A stretch of 19,577 bases of DNA from a virus. A program made the translations under genes and the position numbers. The notes under the pieces are model-generated. The model worked only from the letters and a program-made list of their open reading frames with translations, had not been told where the DNA came from and made no database searches. Location of the stretch: IMG/VR virus record IMGVR_UViG_3300036846_000255, positions 1 through 19,577 of that record. One strand, written 5' to 3'. This document shows, one piece after another, positions 6,257 to 14,372 of the stretch; position 1 is the stretch's first letter; the number at the start of each line of letters is the position of its first letter.

Positions 6257-6285
6257 TTGACATATATGTCAAATCATGATAAACT
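6257..6285 (+). promoter_or_regulatory. Consensus promoter whose -35 lies inside a 16-bp perfect palindrome (copy 3 of 3)
   Basis: TTGACA at 6257-6262, a 17-bp spacer and extended -10 TGaTAAACT at 6277-6285. The palindrome TTGACATATATGTCAA spans 6257..6272. The upstream tttaaacaaaagag nearly repeats the UP region of the promoter at 520. Confidence 0.8.
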
Positions 6286-6316
6286 AAGTTCATAAGATAA
6301 AGAGAGGAAGATAAAT

Positions 6317-6508
6317 ATGATTAAAGAATACAAGGTAATGAACGAACGAGTATACAAAGTGATTGCTGTAGATGAAGATGGTTATGAAATGGATTTCTTC
6401 ATTAAAGGGGAAGATTCAAATCACGCACAACACAAATTTATCAAATTAGCTCAATTCAACGATAACGGATTAACCTACAAATCAATTAAGGAGATTACAA
6501 TCATATGA
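6317..6508 (+). CDS. Hypothetical 63-aa protein
   Basis: SD is GAGAGGAAG. It is the first gene after the 6257 promoter and its stop overlaps the next start (ATGA). Confidence 0.7.
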   Translation: MIKEYKVMNERVYKVIAVDEDGYEMDFFIKGEDSNHAQHKFIKLAQFNDNGLTYKSIKEITII

Positions 6509-6660
6509 AAACTTATAAAATTACTTTTCACGACGCATGGGATGGAACAACAGGAGAAACTTATATCTTCGCACAATCTGCTATAGACGCTGAAATTATT
6601 TTCACTCAAGAAGAAGACATGTATGTAACAGTATTAGATGTACAGGAGGAAGAATTATGA
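6505..6660 (+). CDS. Hypothetical acidic 51-aa protein (below the ORF-track cutoff)
   Basis: ATG at 6505 lies in an ATGA overlap with the previous stop, with AAGGAG 10 nt upstream. Manual translation gives MKTYKITFHDAWDGTTGETYIFAQSAIDAEIIFTQEEDMYVTVLDVQEEEL, ending at TGA 6658-6660, which overlaps the next ATG. Confidence 0.6.
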   Translation: MKTYKITFHDAWDGTTGETYIFAQSAIDAEIIFTQEEDMYVTVLDVQEEEL

Positions 6661-6863
6661 AAAAAGTACTAGGATTTATCATGTTTTCAGTGGTTGCAAT
6701 ACTAACCATAGGTATTAACTTAGTCGGAATACAATTCTTTTATGAAGCTATTAATTATCATCTATCAGCAGATACAATATTGGGTATGTTCTTTGTAGGC
6801 ACTACCATTATAGGTTTAGATAGTTTAATGATTTGGCTTGTCTTAGAAATTAAGGAGGAATAA
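6657..6863 (+). CDS. Hypothetical small membrane protein with two TM helices
   Basis: SD is AGGAGGAAG. The hydrophobic segments are LGFIMFSVVAILTIGINLVGI and ILGMFFVGTTIIGLDSLMIWLVL. Confidence 0.7.
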   Translation: MKKVLGFIMFSVVAILTIGINLVGIQFFYEAINYHLSADTILGMFFVGTTIIGLDSLMIWLVLEIKEE

Positions 6864-6865
6864 TA

Positions 6866-6937
6866 ATGTTATCACTCGTATGGATCATGGCTATTTTAGG
6901 TTTTGTTGCTTTAGTTAATTATATAGAAGGAGAATGA
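6866..6937 (+). CDS. Possible 23-aa hydrophobic micropeptide
   Basis: AAGGAGG lies 7 nt upstream of ATG 6866. Manual translation gives MLSLVWIMAILGFVALVNYIEGE, and the stop overlaps the next ATG. It is very short, so the call is tentative. Confidence 0.35.
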   Translation: MLSLVWIMAILGFVALVNYIEGE

Positions 6938-7005
6938 AAATGATTAACAAATTAAAAGATTTTTTACATCGAATTTTAAAAACAGGAGGATTAGTGACCG
7001 CATGA
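6934..7005 (+). CDS. Possible 23-aa (or 21-aa from ATG 6940) basic micropeptide
   Basis: GAAGGAG lies upstream. Manual translation gives [23 protein letters not shown], and the stop overlaps ATG 7002 (ATGA). It fills the otherwise non-coding gap in a tightly coupled gene string. Confidence 0.3.
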   Translation: MKMINKLKDFLHRILKTGGLVTA

Positions 7006-7235
7006 ATAATAACGAACGTCGAGAGTTTCTAAGAAGGTTTTGGATTGCTATGGAAGTAATTATGGAAGAAAAACGCCTACCACATTCTAAAGTGGTGGGT
7101 AATAACACATCGCTAGCTAAAAGTCGTGAATTAAACCCCACAATTGTAAGACTTGAGTCTTTTGCCAACAACTTAGATATGGATTTTAACAAATTTATGA
7201 AAAAACTAAATGAAGAGATGGAGCTAATTAAATGA
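7002..7235 (+). CDS. Small putative DNA-binding protein (divergent XRE-like HTH)
   Basis: AGGAGG lies 10 nt upstream. The segment [22 protein letters not shown] resembles the conserved C-terminal part of XRE/Cro-type HTH domains (NPsletLlkiAkaLgvsldeL). The helix-turn-helix proper ([17 protein letters not shown]) is shorter and atypical. Confidence 0.45.
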   Translation: MNNNERREFLRRFWIAMEVIMEEKRLPHSKVVGNNTSLAKSRELNPTIVRLESFANNLDMDFNKFMKKLNEEMELIK

Positions 7236-7795
7236 ACTTGAACCCTGAATTTTTAGAAGACGCTTTGAAACCAGAAAAGAACTACATGGCGAACATGCCT
7301 GCACGTTGGGAAGTTGTATCAGTAAATCCGAACTATGAAGTTTCAGATTTAGGTGAGGTTAGAAATATTAAAACTGGACGTATTTTAAAACAGAAAGATA
7401 GAAATGGATACGCTGCTGTTAATTTATCTTATGAAGGTAAAGTGAACACCTATAACGTTCATCGTTTAGTAGCAGAAGCTTTCTTAGATAATCCAGAAAA
7501 CAAAACTCAAGTAAATCATAAAGACGAAATTAAAACAAATAATTCATTAGTTAATTTAGAATACGTAACACCTCAAGAAAATATTGAATATTCTAAAGCT
7601 ATTCAAGTAATCGGTAAAGACATTCATGGGAATATTGTAATGGAATTTGAGTCATTAACAGAAGCTGGAAGACAAGGTTACTTCCCTAACTATGTCAAAC
7701 GTTCATTTTTGTATCATGTCCCTTATAAAGGGGTATATTTTACAATCATGCCACCTAAAGCACAAGAATATAAGGAGCGTAAACTATGGCAATAA
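7232..7795 (+). CDS. Free-standing HNH homing endonuclease (NUMOD4 + HNH_3 pattern)
   Basis: The NUMOD4-like part is [29 protein letters not shown]...NGYAAVNL...VHRLVAEAF. The HNH part is [24 protein letters not shown], as in I-HmuI-type enzymes. The gene overlaps both neighbours (ATGA at 7232; 10 nt at 7786). Confidence 0.85.
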   Translation: MNLNPEFLEDALKPEKNYMANMPARWEVVSVNPNYEVSDLGEVRNIKTGRILKQKDRNGYAAVNLSYEGKVNTYNVHRLVAEAFLDNPENKTQVNHKDEIKTNNSLVNLEYVTPQENIEYSKAIQVIGKDIHGNIVMEFESLTEAGRQGYFPNYVKRSFLYHVPYKGVYFTIMPPKAQEYKERKLWQ

Positions 7796-9786
7796 CAAAA
7801 GAACAATTCGCAAATGCTAAAATTGATGAGTCTTTCGGGATTTCAGATGATGTGTTAGTTAAATATGTACAAACAAGTGTTTCAGGTTCTAGGTGGTGGC
7901 GTTACTGGAAGGATGACGCTGCTAAAATTAAACAAACATTTGATATCGCAAGACAAAATGGTATGTCAGCAGCTCTCTTAGTTGTAAAAGAGAAGGTAGA
8001 AGGTGTTGGTTTTACTAACGGTGATATGGACGGGTGGGGTAACCACTTTGATCATCCAAACGCTGACCCTATGGTAGACTTAGCTAATTATGCACAAGCA
8101 ACTGTTACAGTAGCTAACTCAACAGCTTACAATCCTTCTTGGGTTGATATGGGTAACCCTGTTAACTGTGTACCTAACGGTGTTATAGCTGAAGGAAATG
8201 CAGACTTTGCTTCTACTCCTACAGGAACAATCAAACGCGCTTATGTACCAATGACAGCAGCCACAACTTGGGCTTATTATTATCCCCAAGCATTAAACGC
8301 TAGCGTAAATGGTGTTCAAACATACGGGAACCCTATTCAACAGTGTACAGATTACTTAAATGAAATGGGGGCTAAAATTACAGGTTCTGGTGGTGCTGGT
8401 GATGGTGGTACAGCTCCAGAAGGTGGAGGTAATGATGTAAAACCAGGAGAGCCAAACCAAAACAAACCTTTAGAAGGTAGTGGAACGAGTTCTTTTGACC
8501 CAACATCTATCATCGAAGCTATTCAAAAAGCGATTAAACAAATTTTAGATTTACTCACACAAAACTATTCACAAGAAAAATTATCCATTTACGGTTCTAA
8601 AACAGGTTTAATGTTTACCCAAGTAAATAAGAACTATGTTTTTGCTTATGATTTTTTCAATGATAACGTTAAATCTATCAGTGATACGTTAAGTGATGTA
8701 GTTGGTGATGAGTTACAAAACAGTGGAGCTATTCAAGATGAATTACCCAACGGTGTAAACCAAACAGTTGAAATACTCTTAACTAGAGCGTTGAAATATG
8801 TCGATAGTGAAGTTTTATATGATGAAGCCAAAGACGGAAACCCTGAAAATGGAGCGACCGATAATGCTCGTTTCATGTCTTGGTGTGTTCAAACCATTCA
8901 CCCTTCTCTAAAAGGTGCATCACATAAAGATTTTTTCAATCGTTTTAATGCTGCAGGTTATGTGAGACATCGAGGGTTATGGGCTGACATTTCTAAACAT
9001 ATCCAAATAGGGGATATTATCTGTTGTGCAGATAATTTAACAATTGATACAGGCGGTAAAGAATACTTCATCGCTTTAGGTGATGATGAATGCATAGAAG
9101 CTTACCCCTGGGAGAATGGAGAGAGAAGTAGTAAAGGTGGTAAACCTGTAGCAAAAGGAGTAGCTAAATTTAAGCTTTCTGAAAGAACTGCTTTGGGTTG
9201 TGCTGACATCGCTATTATTCGTGTATACACACCTAAAGAAGTAGAAAACGATACACCTTCAACACCAAATCCACCGTCTGGTAGTGTTAATTCAGCATTA
9301 GCTCACATTGCTTCATTTATGGGGCGTACGATCGGGTCTGGTCAGTGTTATGCCTTATGTGCTGAATTCGCTGGTGTATTAGGAGGTCCAGGACTTGGCG
9401 CAGGGACTAAGTATAGTATTTCTGGTTTAAGTGGTCAGGGGTCAACAAGTGCTGCTGCGGATATCGGTATTTGCTACAAATGGAGTGCTTATGGGTGGAC
9501 GATGATACAAAACCCTTCTTTATCACAAATCGTTCCAGGATGTATCTTAAACATTAATAGAAGTGTAAACGTAACTGAATCTATGGGTGAAGGTACTTCT
9601 GCTTGGTTTAACTGGACATCTGACCCTACTTACGGTCATACAGTTGTAGTTGAGAAAGTTAGTGGAGATAACCTTACTGTTCTTGAACAATGGGGTGGTA
9701 GCCGTCAATATACCATGAGAAACATGATGAAATATTCTGGTACTGGTGCATCGGGAATCTCAAGTATTTGTATTCCTCCTAGTTAA
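7786..9786 (+). CDS. Multidomain virion or tail-associated peptidoglycan hydrolase (C-terminal CHAP domain), phi29 gp13-like role
   Basis: The C-terminal ~165 aa show the CHAP pattern ([12 protein letters not shown] with the Cys, [10 protein letters not shown] with the His). A Gly-rich linker ([17 protein letters not shown]) follows an N-terminal ~195-aa domain, much like the gp13 domain layout. The middle region has an NlpC/P60-like outline (FMSWC ... IGDIICC) but no clear His. SD is AAGGAG. Confidence 0.7.
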   Translation: MAITKEQFANAKIDESFGISDDVLVKYVQTSVSGSRWWRYWKDDAAKIKQTFDIARQNGMSAALLVVKEKVEGVGFTNGDMDGWGNHFDHPNADPMVDLANYAQATVTVANSTAYNPSWVDMGNPVNCVPNGVIAEGNADFASTPTGTIKRAYVPMTAATTWAYYYPQALNASVNGVQTYGNPIQQCTDYLNEMGAKITGSGGAGDGGTAPEGGGNDVKPGEPNQNKPLEGSGTSSFDPTSIIEAIQKAIKQILDLLTQNYSQEKLSIYGSKTGLMFTQVNKNYVFAYDFFNDNVKSISDTLSDVVGDELQNSGAIQDELPNGVNQTVEILLTRALKYVDSEVLYDEAKDGNPENGATDNARFMSWCVQTIHPSLKGASHKDFFNRFNAAGYVRHRGLWADISKHIQIGDIICCADNLTIDTGGKEYFIALGDDECIEAYPWENGERSSKGGKPVAKGVAKFKLSERTALGCADIAIIRVYTPKEVENDTPSTPNPPSGSVNSALAHIASFMGRTIGSGQCYALCAEFAGVLGGPGLGAGTKYSISGLSGQGSTSAAADIGICYKWSAYGWTMIQNPSLSQIVPGCILNINRSVNVTESMGEGTSAWFNWTSDPTYGHTVVVEKVSGDNLTVLEQWGGSRQYTMRNMMKYSGTGASGISSICIPPS

Positions 9787-9820
9787 TAAAGAAAGTGCAT
9801 CCCCCGTTTAGAATAAACGA

Positions 9821-9855
9821 AAAACAAGCCCGCTCTAGGCGGGCGTTTTTCTTTA
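9821..9855. terminator. Bidirectional intrinsic terminator between the convergent arms
   Basis: The GC stem gcccgc (9828-9833) pairs with gcgggc (9839-9844) around a 5-nt loop. It is flanked by aaaaacaa upstream and gtttttcttt downstream, so each strand reads a hairpin followed by a U-tract. Confidence 0.8.
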
Positions 9856-10695
9856 TTAAAAGCTTTTTAATCCAGAGAAGATGTCGTGCGTTGGTTGTTT
9901 GACATTACCCTTCTCATCCTGAGTGCGTCGGAAGACTACTTTAACTTTCTTACCTTTTACTTGAGAATAATTAAACTCTGCGTGTAAACCAAAAGCGTAT
10001 GTTTCGCTAACGTTCAAAGCTTTATTTACATCCTTTCTAACAATCCCTTTAGACTTTTTACGGTCAATTTCTTTTCCTTTTTCATCTAAAAGAATCGCAT
10101 AATTGTAACCACTGATTTGAGGTAGGTAAACCCAACCATCACAAATGATTTTATCACCCTGCTTCTCGAATTTATCGATACTACCTGCAGGACTTGGGTG
10201 TGGTGACCCAGCTGGAGAACTACCCATATGTTTCTTAATTTCGTTAATGAAGTAGTCTCTCGTTTTATTACCAGCACCATGAATTTCTTGTGATCGGTGA
10301 GGACATGCTGTAGAACTAAATGTGTTGTGAAGTCTTACAGTTGTCGTATTTGGTTGTAAACCGTGACGTTTTAAGATTTCGGCTGCTAATTTAATAGCTT
10401 TAGCTTCATTTGCTAAAAATTGATTTTTGTCACCCATTGATTGACAAGCCTCAATACCAATATAGTTAGCATTACCGTCTGAGTTAGCCGTATGCCACGC
10501 CATATTACCTTCATCTTCCATTTGTAGAGTGCCATCACTAGCAATATAGTAATGTGCAAAACCATTTGCTGCGTTAGCGTTTGTTACATAACCTTTATAA
10601 AAATTAACATTTGCTGCATTTGAACCAGCGTCATTATGAATGACAACTCCTTTTACCTTACCATTTCTTTTTCCTGCAATTCCTTTTGTAATCAT
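9856..10695 (-). CDS. Endolysin: N-acetylmuramoyl-L-alanine amidase (Amidase_2/PGRP type) plus C-terminal wall-binding domain
   Basis: The N-terminal domain carries KGVVIHNDAGS (Zn His) and VRLHNTFSSTACPHRS (His/Cys), as in T7-lysozyme-type amidases. A P/S/G linker (GSSPAGSPHPSPAGS) precedes an unassigned ~105-aa C-terminal domain. The gene lies directly downstream of the holin, with an ATGA overlap. Confidence 0.85.
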   Translation of the reverse strand: MITKGIAGKRNGKVKGVVIHNDAGSNAANVNFYKGYVTNANAANGFAHYYIASDGTLQMEDEGNMAWHTANSDGNANYIGIEACQSMGDKNQFLANEAKAIKLAAEILKRHGLQPNTTTVRLHNTFSSTACPHRSQEIHGAGNKTRDYFINEIKKHMGSSPAGSPHPSPAGSIDKFEKQGDKIICDGWVYLPQISGYNYAILLDEKGKEIDRKKSKGIVRKDVNKALNVSETYAFGLHAEFNYSQVKGKKVKVVFRRTQDEKGNVKQPTHDIFSGLKSF

Positions 10696-10916
10696 TTAAC
10701 TTCTTCCTCCCTAGTAAATTTTAAACTAATATTTTCAATCATTGATTTAATAATCTCAACGTCTCCCAACGCATCAGTCAGTTTTTGGATTGTTTCTTGG
10801 TAACGAATTTCACGACCATTGTTTGTTTTCATGACCCAGATGAATAATCCGATGAAGAGAGCTGCAAAACTTACTTCATTAGGGTTAGACAAAAGATTTT
10901 CTACGAATTGTTCCAT
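10692..10916 (-). CDS. Holin, single-TM BhlA/UviB-like
   Basis: It has one TM helix (VSFAALFIGLFIWVM) followed by MKTNNGRE..YQ..I..L and a charged coiled tail, which resembles the BhlA family as I recall it. SD is AAGGAGGTGA. It sits immediately upstream of the endolysin. Confidence 0.7.
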   Translation of the reverse strand: MEQFVENLLSNPNEVSFAALFIGLFIWVMKTNNGREIRYQETIQKLTDALGDVEIIKSMIENISLKFTREEEVK

Positions 10917-10939
10917 TCTATCACCTCCTTTCTCATACT

Positions 10940-10948
10940 ATTTTAACA
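10940..10948 (-). promoter_or_regulatory. Possible internal extended -10 promoter for the lysis cassette
   Basis: The minus strand reads TGtTAAAAT about 25 nt upstream of the holin ATG. There is no convincing -35. Confidence 0.25.
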
Positions 10949-10955
10949 TATCTCA

Positions 10956-12707
10956 TCAATTTATAATAGAGTTATTCATAATTGATTGAGAAAATGGGTT
11001 TGTTAAGTCTTGTCTGTTGTGCCAGAATTTAACACCTACTTGTAATAAAGCTTTGATTTGTTGCATGAATTGAGGTGCTACACCTGTTAGGTTATAGACT
11101 CCTTCAATTTGTAAGTAGTTAACAATTCTCATAGAGTCGATACGTTCAACTTTCCCTTGTTCTTCAAATTGATAACCGAATGACTTGTAGTAACGTCTGA
11201 TTTTTTCTTTTTCTCTATCGCTTGGTGCGCTTAATTTAACTGTGAAACCGAAGATATCATTAGCAATAGAGAATGCTTCTCCTCCAGATTGTGAAGATAA
11301 TGAAGGGGATGAAAGAGCCATATCTGCAAATTCTGCTTTTTGTTGACGATAGAAATTTTGTTCATCAACAATTTTACTACCAATGTTTAAGGGGTTTAAT
11401 GACCCACCTAAGATAGTGTAAGCGTCAGTAAAGACATTTGTTGCTTTCTCATTCACTGCTTGAGAATCATCTGTCATTGTACGGTTGATGTTCTTCACAC
11501 GTCCAGATAACGTGTTTGTTTCTGCTAAAGCTCTCTTGTTTGCATTTGAAGCAAGTCCTAAATTGTAGTTATCTACTAACACTGGAACTTCTGTCCAATT
11601 AGAAAAGTTTAAACTGTTGTTTAAGAAGGTTCCAGCTTTTACCTGACCCTGATCTGTTTCACCATCAGAAGCCCAGTTAAGTGGGAAGATAGAGATTTTA
11701 TTTGAATAACCAATACTTGTTACCATATGGAATTTTAATCCTGTAGAAGGTAGGAAACCTAAATCTAAATCTAGGGACTCACCAACCCAGTTATAAACTT
11801 CTAAAGTTCCGTATTCGTTACGTAAAAGATGCTTCTCGTCTACAGGGTAACCTAGATAACCCATAATTGTTTCAGGTGACCAGTTGATATCTGAAATGTC
11901 AGCATTTGCAGATGTTTTGTTATTAGCAAATTTCTTTAAGTAATCATGAGATTTACCGTTGAATTTACTTGCTTCTAAATCACCTGTATCAATCAAATCT
12001 TTAGGGATTAACATCACTGATTTAATATTCTGACCAATCCAAGCAAAATCTGTTAGAGCTGCTGAGAAGGATTTAAAATGGTCTAATTCAATTGCGTATA
12101 AACCTACTGGAGAGACGATTTTATCATATTTAACCCCTTTTGAAAGCTTAATGTTTGGTTTGTTAACCGTACCGAATTCCGCTTCTAAGTCTACTGCACA
12201 TTGAAAGACACAAATCATTTCTGTCCAGATAACTGATTTTGAATAAACATATTTCTTAGTTGTTGTTTTCAAAATGTCACTGTTGGTTCTCAATTCTGGT
12301 AAACGTTCGTTGTAAGCTGTTTGTGGTAAATGTTGACGTTTGATTGTAACATTATCTAACCCTGTTAATACATTCCCTTGAGTGAAGGTAGCTAGTACAT
12401 CGATAACGATTTGGAAAGCTGTTACCTGGTCATTAACGTATTGTGTAGCCATTACGTAGAAGAAGTAAGGTTTATTTGTAAAACCATCTACGAAACAACC
12501 ATAATTCACACCCTCAGTATTCTCATACTGAATGGGTGCATTGATTGTTAAACGATCTCTTACCATGTTGAATTGTTTCTGGAATTCTACTTTTTGGAAC
12601 TTTCGATCTAACCAGTTCTTATAAGCTGACACCGTATCGTAATGAACCGTATTATTAAAGTCATTCATCGGTGTGTTGTAGTATAAAGTAATTGTACTTA
12701 ATTTCAT
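10956..12707 (-). CDS. Tail knob / distal tail tube protein, phi29 gp9-like
   Basis: The size (583 aa from ATG 12707) matches gp9. The N-terminal pattern YFFYVMATQYVNDQVTAFQIVIDVLATF parallels gp9 WFYAFVTELEFKN..VT...FEIDVLQTW. I chose the start at 12707 because GGAGGG lies 5 nt upstream; the track's 12746 start has no SD and would overlap the previous gene. Confidence 0.75.
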   Translation of the reverse strand: MKLSTITLYYNTPMNDFNNTVHYDTVSAYKNWLDRKFQKVEFQKQFNMVRDRLTINAPIQYENTEGVNYGCFVDGFTNKPYFFYVMATQYVNDQVTAFQIVIDVLATFTQGNVLTGLDNVTIKRQHLPQTAYNERLPELRTNSDILKTTTKKYVYSKSVIWTEMICVFQCAVDLEAEFGTVNKPNIKLSKGVKYDKIVSPVGLYAIELDHFKSFSAALTDFAWIGQNIKSVMLIPKDLIDTGDLEASKFNGKSHDYLKKFANNKTSANADISDINWSPETIMGYLGYPVDEKHLLRNEYGTLEVYNWVGESLDLDLGFLPSTGLKFHMVTSIGYSNKISIFPLNWASDGETDQGQVKAGTFLNNSLNFSNWTEVPVLVDNYNLGLASNANKRALAETNTLSGRVKNINRTMTDDSQAVNEKATNVFTDAYTILGGSLNPLNIGSKIVDEQNFYRQQKAEFADMALSSPSLSSQSGGEAFSIANDIFGFTVKLSAPSDREKEKIRRYYKSFGYQFEEQGKVERIDSMRIVNYLQIEGVYNLTGVAPQFMQQIKALLQVGVKFWHNRQDLTNPFSQSIMNNSIIN

Positions 12708-12717
12708 GTTTTCCCTC

Positions 12718-13572
12718 CTATGTGATACTAAATGTGATAGGTTCAACGAAAATAGGTGTTGTTCCAGATTTTGAAGCGATAGAGCAAACCCCTGTAGGTC
12801 TTACATAAATTTTTGCTGCATCTGTTTGTGTAGCACTTTGACCTGGTAGCAAGTAGTGATATTCGTACGACCCAGATGCTGGAGGTCTGAAACCTTCCGG
12901 CAAAGTGAAGCAATCCCCAACACCGTTATTCGTTGTGTTATGAGCAAGTGTGCCACGCATGTATACAATACCGTTTTGACGTTTGACTTGAATGGTTTTT
13001 GAAGCTGTGAACGGTTCAATCATTGTAACATCTCGCCATGTAGTATCAACTACTTTAGTTTCTAATGTATTTAACCTTGTGTTTTGTGTCGCGTTGATAG
13101 ATACTTGAGTGTTTATTTCAGTATCAATTTTTGAGTTTGCTGTTGTGATTTGTTGGTTAATTTCATCGAATTTAGCTGGATAGGTCATTACTTCAGTTTC
13201 TAAATCACTTAAACGGATGTTAATACCTGTAAAACTTCCTTCAATGTTACTCACCCGATTAATTAAATCGTTTAATGCTACAGTCATTTCTTCTTTATTA
13301 GCTTTTGTATCATTTAATTGAGTACAGTAATCAACAAGTTCTTGAATTTGTTGTTTGATTACATCATCCTCAGTTTCTAACAATTCAACTCTAGTCAATA
13401 ATTCGTTAATAATCTCTTCATAATTATCAAATAGTAATTCTTTGTACACGTTCTTGATTTTAATAAAAATACGACCAGCTCTATCAGCTACCATGTCTAA
13501 TTCTTTACTAGTGTTAAGAGGAAGGGACTCAATGTCCCTAACCTCTAATGTTTTTCTGACGAAATCTTCCAT
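12718..13572 (-). CDS. Tail fibre / receptor-binding protein (coiled-coil stalk plus C-terminal beta head)
   Basis: About 170 aa of heptad-rich sequence (ELLTRVELLETEDDVIKQQIQELV..., NIRLSDLETEV..., NTRLNTLETKV) precede a C-terminal domain with the W.DV...G.VYMRG.L....LPEGFRP pattern common in phage fibre tips. I set the start at 13572 because GAAGGAGAG lies 7 nt upstream. Confidence 0.65.
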   Translation of the reverse strand: MEDFVRKTLEVRDIESLPLNTSKELDMVADRAGRIFIKIKNVYKELLFDNYEEIINELLTRVELLETEDDVIKQQIQELVDYCTQLNDTKANKEEMTVALNDLINRVSNIEGSFTGINIRLSDLETEVMTYPAKFDEINQQITTANSKIDTEINTQVSINATQNTRLNTLETKVVDTTWRDVTMIEPFTASKTIQVKRQNGIVYMRGTLAHNTTNNGVGDCFTLPEGFRPPASGSYEYHYLLPGQSATQTDAAKIYVRPTGVCSIASKSGTTPIFVEPITFSIT

Positions 13573-13573
13573 A

Positions 13574-14362
13574 TTAATACTCTCCTTCAATTCCAGAAAT
13601 TGTAAATCCTGTATCAGATGTGAAAGTTGCGCTACCGTCTGGTTTATGAGTGACTAAACGACATTCATCATATTTCAACACGATGTTGTCTCGTACCATG
13701 CTTAACTTCATTCGTACTTGGTAGGACTCATCAATTGTTCCGGCTACAGCTGAGAACATCAATTGTGGGTTATCAACTGCAGGCACTTGAACTCTAAACA
13801 TCGTACCTAATCCTTCAATTGTGAAGATCAATGAACGGAAGCGGCGTGTAGAAACAGCTAAGTTCATGTTTTGACCTACAGAAGCTGCTGTGTCTCCTTT
13901 CTTCCAAAGAATAGATACCTGTGGAATTCGTTTCCAGATAAGTGAGTTGTTGTTACCCCCACCACTACCTGTATTGTTTGATGTGTTTAAATACCATAGA
14001 GATCCTGACTTTTGAATAGTCATAAGGTAAGTCTTACGTCGGTTATCCTCACCCCATACTTTCATTGTAATCAAGTCACCAGGTACAGCATCGTCAGGGA
14101 CGGGTACTTGGTCATCCCATGAGTAAACTGTTGCGTACGTGCCAAAGGGTAAATCCCAAATACTATACTTTTCATTTAAGTAATTGTCTTTGTAAGCATG
14201 TCCATGTGCTTGACGAAAAGCGTTTGAACTCATTAATCCGTTATTCAATTCTGTTGCTAGCATGTGTGGGTTCGTACCATCACCATCTGAGTGACTACCG
14301 AACTCTTTAGCTAGTTTATTAACAGCATTTTTTAATTTTAAAATCTCTTCATTTGTATTCAT
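13574..14362 (-). CDS. Second tail fibre / appendage-like protein
   Basis: The short N-terminal helix and HMLATELNNGLMSSNAF resemble the A..aGlMS motif of phage fibres. The remainder is beta-rich with a G/N loop (NTGSGGGNNN). It lies in the tail module and its SD is AGGAGG. Confidence 0.55.
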   Translation of the reverse strand: MNTNEEILKLKNAVNKLAKEFGSHSDGDGTNPHMLATELNNGLMSSNAFRQAHGHAYKDNYLNEKYSIWDLPFGTYATVYSWDDQVPVPDDAVPGDLITMKVWGEDNRRKTYLMTIQKSGSLWYLNTSNNTGSGGGNNNSLIWKRIPQVSILWKKGDTAASVGQNMNLAVSTRRFRSLIFTIEGLGTMFRVQVPAVDNPQLMFSAVAGTIDESYQVRMKLSMVRDNIVLKYDECRLVTHKPDGSATFTSDTGFTISGIEGEY

Positions 14363-14372
14363 GTCTTTCCTC

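Noticed and set aside
9801-9819. Second small hairpin (cgttta-gaa-taaacg) just after the lysin stop codon.
   Set aside because: It is a 6-bp AT-rich stem with a 3-nt loop and no U-tract. The adjacent GC-rich hairpin is the credible terminator.
10200-10245. Internal in-frame start (Met in KKHMGSSPAG) that could yield a separate wall-binding-domain product of the endolysin, as reported for some enterococcal phage lysins.
   Set aside because: The sequence upstream of this ATG (gaaattaagaaacat) has no recognisable SD, so the sequence does not support the idea. It could still be tested by Western blot.
12708-12746. Longer N-terminal extensions given by the ORF track (12746 for the tail knob, 13590 for the fibre, 19204 for the scaffold-like gene, 16518 for the lower collar).
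   Set aside because: In each case an internal ATG has a strong GGAGG-type SD at 5-8 nt spacing, while the upstream ATG has none and would overlap the preceding gene or leader. I therefore called the shorter forms.
13442-13657. + strand ORFs inside the - arm (13442..13657, 14119..14310, 18575..18832, 18969..19247).
   Set aside because: They lie antisense to well-supported structural genes, have no SD and give odd compositions. They are the frame shadows expected in AT-rich coding DNA.
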